From NCBI GenBank assembly GCA_033764015.1, contig JANRJK010000023.1, positions 96,001 to 160,000 on the forward strand: a stretch of 64,000 nucleotides of DNA, written 5' to 3'. Below are positions 61,289 to 64,000 of the stretch, piece by piece. The translations under genes and the position numbers were made by a program. The notes beneath the pieces were generated by a model that was not told the DNA's origin, did not search any database, and saw nothing but the letters and a program-made list of their open reading frames with translations. The DNA is from Candidatus Sumerlaeia bacterium (GTDB lineage: Bacteria > Sumerlaeota > Sumerlaeia > SLMS01 > JANRJK01). The number at the start of each line of letters is the position of its first letter. Positions within the stretch are counted from its first letter, which is position 1.

Positions 61289-63679
61289 ATGAAGCTCTAT
61301 GGCTTCGCCTTGTCACTTGTCATTCTGGTGCCTTGTCTTGCATCCTGTGCACGATCCACGAGGTCCCCGATGGAAGGCCCTGAGAAGATTCGGCGTGTGT
61401 CCGTCACCGCGAATGAATTCGTCACCGAAGACGGCGAGCGCATCGAGCTGCGCGGAGTCAATGCGGGCAACTGGTTCCTTCTCGAGATGTGGATGCTCTC
61501 CCACGCGGGAGACGGATTGGTCGACGACTATACGTTCAACAAAAATCTTTCCGATCGATTCGGGGAGGAAAGAGCCTGGGAGCTTATGGATGTCTACCGG
61601 GAGAATTGGATTCAGCCGCGGGACTTCGAGATCATCAAGAGCTTTGGCTTCAACGTTGTGCGTCTGCCATTCAATTACGAGCTTATCGCCCGCTACGAAG
61701 GGGATGAACTTGTCTTGAGGAAGGACCCATTCTTCTGGTTGGACCGCGCTGTTGAACTCGCGGAAGCACACGGTCTGTATATTATCATCGACATGCATGG
61801 CGTTCCGGGGCGCCAGTCGGTCGACCAGCCGGCGGGACGAGTCGGGCTGAATCAGTTGTGGAGCAACCGCAAGAATCAAGAGCGGACGGTCTGGCTTTGG
61901 GGAGAGATCGCCAAGCATTACGAAGGACGCGGGTCCATCGCCGGCTATGACCTCATCAACGAGCCCTACGGAAATTTCTCAATGGATGTCCGTCCCGTTC
62001 TTGGTCCCCTCATGTACGAAATCGCGGATAAGATCCGATCCATCGACAAGGATGTTGTTCTCTTCTTCTCGAACCCGATCTGGGGTGGCCATGCATTCTA
62101 TGGCAGTCCCCGTGAACGAGGTTATAGAAACATCGCCTTCACTGAGCATCATTACCCGGGCCTGTTTGGCAGTGAGAGAAGCCTCCGCTCTCACTGGGGA
62201 CTGTTTGGAGACATCCCTGCTAAAGCCAAGAAAATCAGTGCTCAAGGAGGCCCCCTCTTCATTGGCGAGTTCAATCCTGTCTTCGAGGATCTCGGGGGCG
62301 GCGACCTGATGCGTGCCTATTTCGACCGCTACGCCGCAGCCGGGTGGGCCTCCACGATATGGTCCTACAAAATACTACACAAAGAAGGAAGCGCTATCAC
62401 TGACAATTGGTACATGGCTACCAACAAGGCGCCATTGATGCGGATTGATTTCCGTACGGCACCGGAGGAAGAGATCCGCGCTTGGTTCGAGAGTCTTGGG
62501 TCGATGGAGTTGATTGTGGATGAACCGATGCGCTTGGCGCTGACGCGTCCCGATCCGGTCGCCATTCCGATCCACACTCTGGAGCGTGGTACGAGTGAGC
62601 CTCCGGCCAAGGATGTGTTCGTGGGTTGGAGCGCTACGGATATTGGCGACGCCAAGGCAGGTGGGCAGAAGGTATACCATCAATCAGCGGTTGAAATCTA
62701 CGGAGCTGGATCGGATATCTGGGCCAATAGTGATAGCTTCCGGTTTGTCGGGGCTCCGGCCGGGGCGACGCAACTGTCAGCTAGACTTCATCACCTTGTT
62801 GATACAGCGCAATACGCTAAGGCGGGAGTAATGCTGCGTGGCGGGCTCGATGCGGATGCGCCTTTTGCGTTCCTGCACATTTTCAACGATGGACGCATCA
62901 TGTTCTCCCAGCGCAACGAAAGCGGTGGGACTGTTGTTGAGCGACCCGTCGGCAATTTTACGTTTCCCGTGGACTTGCGTCTGACCAAGGAAGGCGGCAA
63001 GGCTGTCGCATGGATTTCAATGGATCAAGGTAATGGTTGGAGTCGAATTGCTGAAGTCTCGATTAGCGACATCGACAACGCACAGTTCGGCCTCGCAGTC
63101 TCGAGCCACGCGCCGGATCGCTTCACAACCGCGGGCTTTTCGCATATCAGCACGGACGGCAACCCTCCGGCGGATCCGAGCAATCCCTTCCCGCCGCCCG
63201 CGAATCCCGAGAAAGTGCAAATCGCGAACCCCTCATTCGAAGGCGCTGATGGCTGGACCTACGGTAGCGTCAAGGGTGCGCCGACGCCCGGTGGCAAGCA
63301 AGGCGGTCGGTCCTTCCACGCACAGCTTGCGGAGGGGGAGACTGCGTTCGCCTATCAAGTGCTACCAGTCTTGCGGCCGAACAGTGAAGTGACGCTGAAC
63401 GCCGCCGTCCGTGCTGCGGGCGCCACACGAGACAGTGAATGGGGGGCGGCTGTATTGCGCCTCCAGCTGCAGCTTCCCGATGGTCGGTGGCTGACGTTTG
63501 CCGAGCAGCGGTCGGCACTCTCCGGCGCAAGCAAGAACTGGACATCGATAACCTTGCGGGCGGCAATACCTGGCGGCTACCCTCTGCGTCTTGCCGTTGG
63601 CGGCGTGGGCGTTTCGCCTCGGTTGGACGGTGCGGTCATTAGCATCGCCGACGTGGAAGTCACTGTAATGGAGAAATAG
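61289..63679 (+). CDS. GH5 glycoside hydrolase lipoprotein with two accessory beta-sandwich domains
   Basis: Lipobox CLASC, LRGVNAGNW, VRLPF, IIDMHG, YDLINEP, FIGEF; GSDIW..SD.F...YAKAGVMLR domain and NPSFE domain. Lower GC than neighbours. Confidence 0.9.
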   Translation: MKLYGFALSLVILVPCLASCARSTRSPMEGPEKIRRVSVTANEFVTEDGERIELRGVNAGNWFLLEMWMLSHAGDGLVDDYTFNKNLSDRFGEERAWELMDVYRENWIQPRDFEIIKSFGFNVVRLPFNYELIARYEGDELVLRKDPFFWLDRAVELAEAHGLYIIIDMHGVPGRQSVDQPAGRVGLNQLWSNRKNQERTVWLWGEIAKHYEGRGSIAGYDLINEPYGNFSMDVRPVLGPLMYEIADKIRSIDKDVVLFFSNPIWGGHAFYGSPRERGYRNIAFTEHHYPGLFGSERSLRSHWGLFGDIPAKAKKISAQGGPLFIGEFNPVFEDLGGGDLMRAYFDRYAAAGWASTIWSYKILHKEGSAITDNWYMATNKAPLMRIDFRTAPEEEIRAWFESLGSMELIVDEPMRLALTRPDPVAIPIHTLERGTSEPPAKDVFVGWSATDIGDAKAGGQKVYHQSAVEIYGAGSDIWANSDSFRFVGAPAGATQLSARLHHLVDTAQYAKAGVMLRGGLDADAPFAFLHIFNDGRIMFSQRNESGGTVVERPVGNFTFPVDLRLTKEGGKAVAWISMDQGNGWSRIAEVSISDIDNAQFGLAVSSHAPDRFTTAGFSHISTDGNPPADPSNPFPPPANPEKVQIANPSFEGADGWTYGSVKGAPTPGGKQGGRSFHAQLAEGETAFAYQVLPVLRPNSEVTLNAAVRAAGATRDSEWGAAVLRLQLQLPDGRWLTFAEQRSALSGASKNWTSITLRAAIPGGYPLRLAVGGVGVSPRLDGAVISIADVEVTVMEK

Positions 63680-63809
63680 TCGAGCGTCGGAAGGGAAACA
63701 TAGAAGCATACTTCGCCATGAATCGGGCCGGTATCTGGAATTGGTCCGGTCGGATGAATGTTCGCAAGAGCTCCTTCAGAAGGAAGTGCTAGTCCACACA
63801 TCTGCGTAG

Positions 63810-63947
<138 letters not shown>

Positions 63948-64000
63948 CGAACGCGGGGCGGGGAGGGGCAGGTCGCCGCCCCCCCGACCGATCGCCGGGG

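Overview
High-GC bacterial DNA in two parts. Bases 1-38.4 kb are core genome: acyl-CoA dehydrogenase-etfB-etfA, pckA, ispE, an LPS heptosyltransferase, ctpA, prmA, gndA, gluQ, hscA-fdx, recA and comEA, plus a small hicBA/HNH insertion hotspot at 14.6-16.4 kb. At 38443-38489 the 3' half of a tRNA-His (attR-like) and a broken plasmid-type repA mark the left edge of a lower-GC island that runs past the window end. The island is a beta-1,3-glucan utilisation locus: GH16 x2, GH81, GH50-like, GH5, GH1, an ABC sugar transporter and a LacI regulator with about 7 palindromic operators. It has no SusC/SusD or TonB-dependent receptor within the window. Instead, two pilin-like genes are each translationally coupled to a glycoside hydrolase. 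Three Sec-exported proteins end in a short W-x-x-[Y/F] tail and a fourth in a degenerate version, which I propose is a PEP-CTERM-like sorting signal. Two accessory cassettes (hicBA; GH5) are each bracketed by a direct repeat of the upstream gene's 3' end. The pilin family (GFTLIELLIVVAIIAILAAIAVPNFLEAQ...YDPTNGxxSxGD) and the tails suggest Candidatus Sumerlaeota (BRC1) or a relative, which is an inference. All calls are by motif recognition and no database searches were run. GC statements are rough spot counts.
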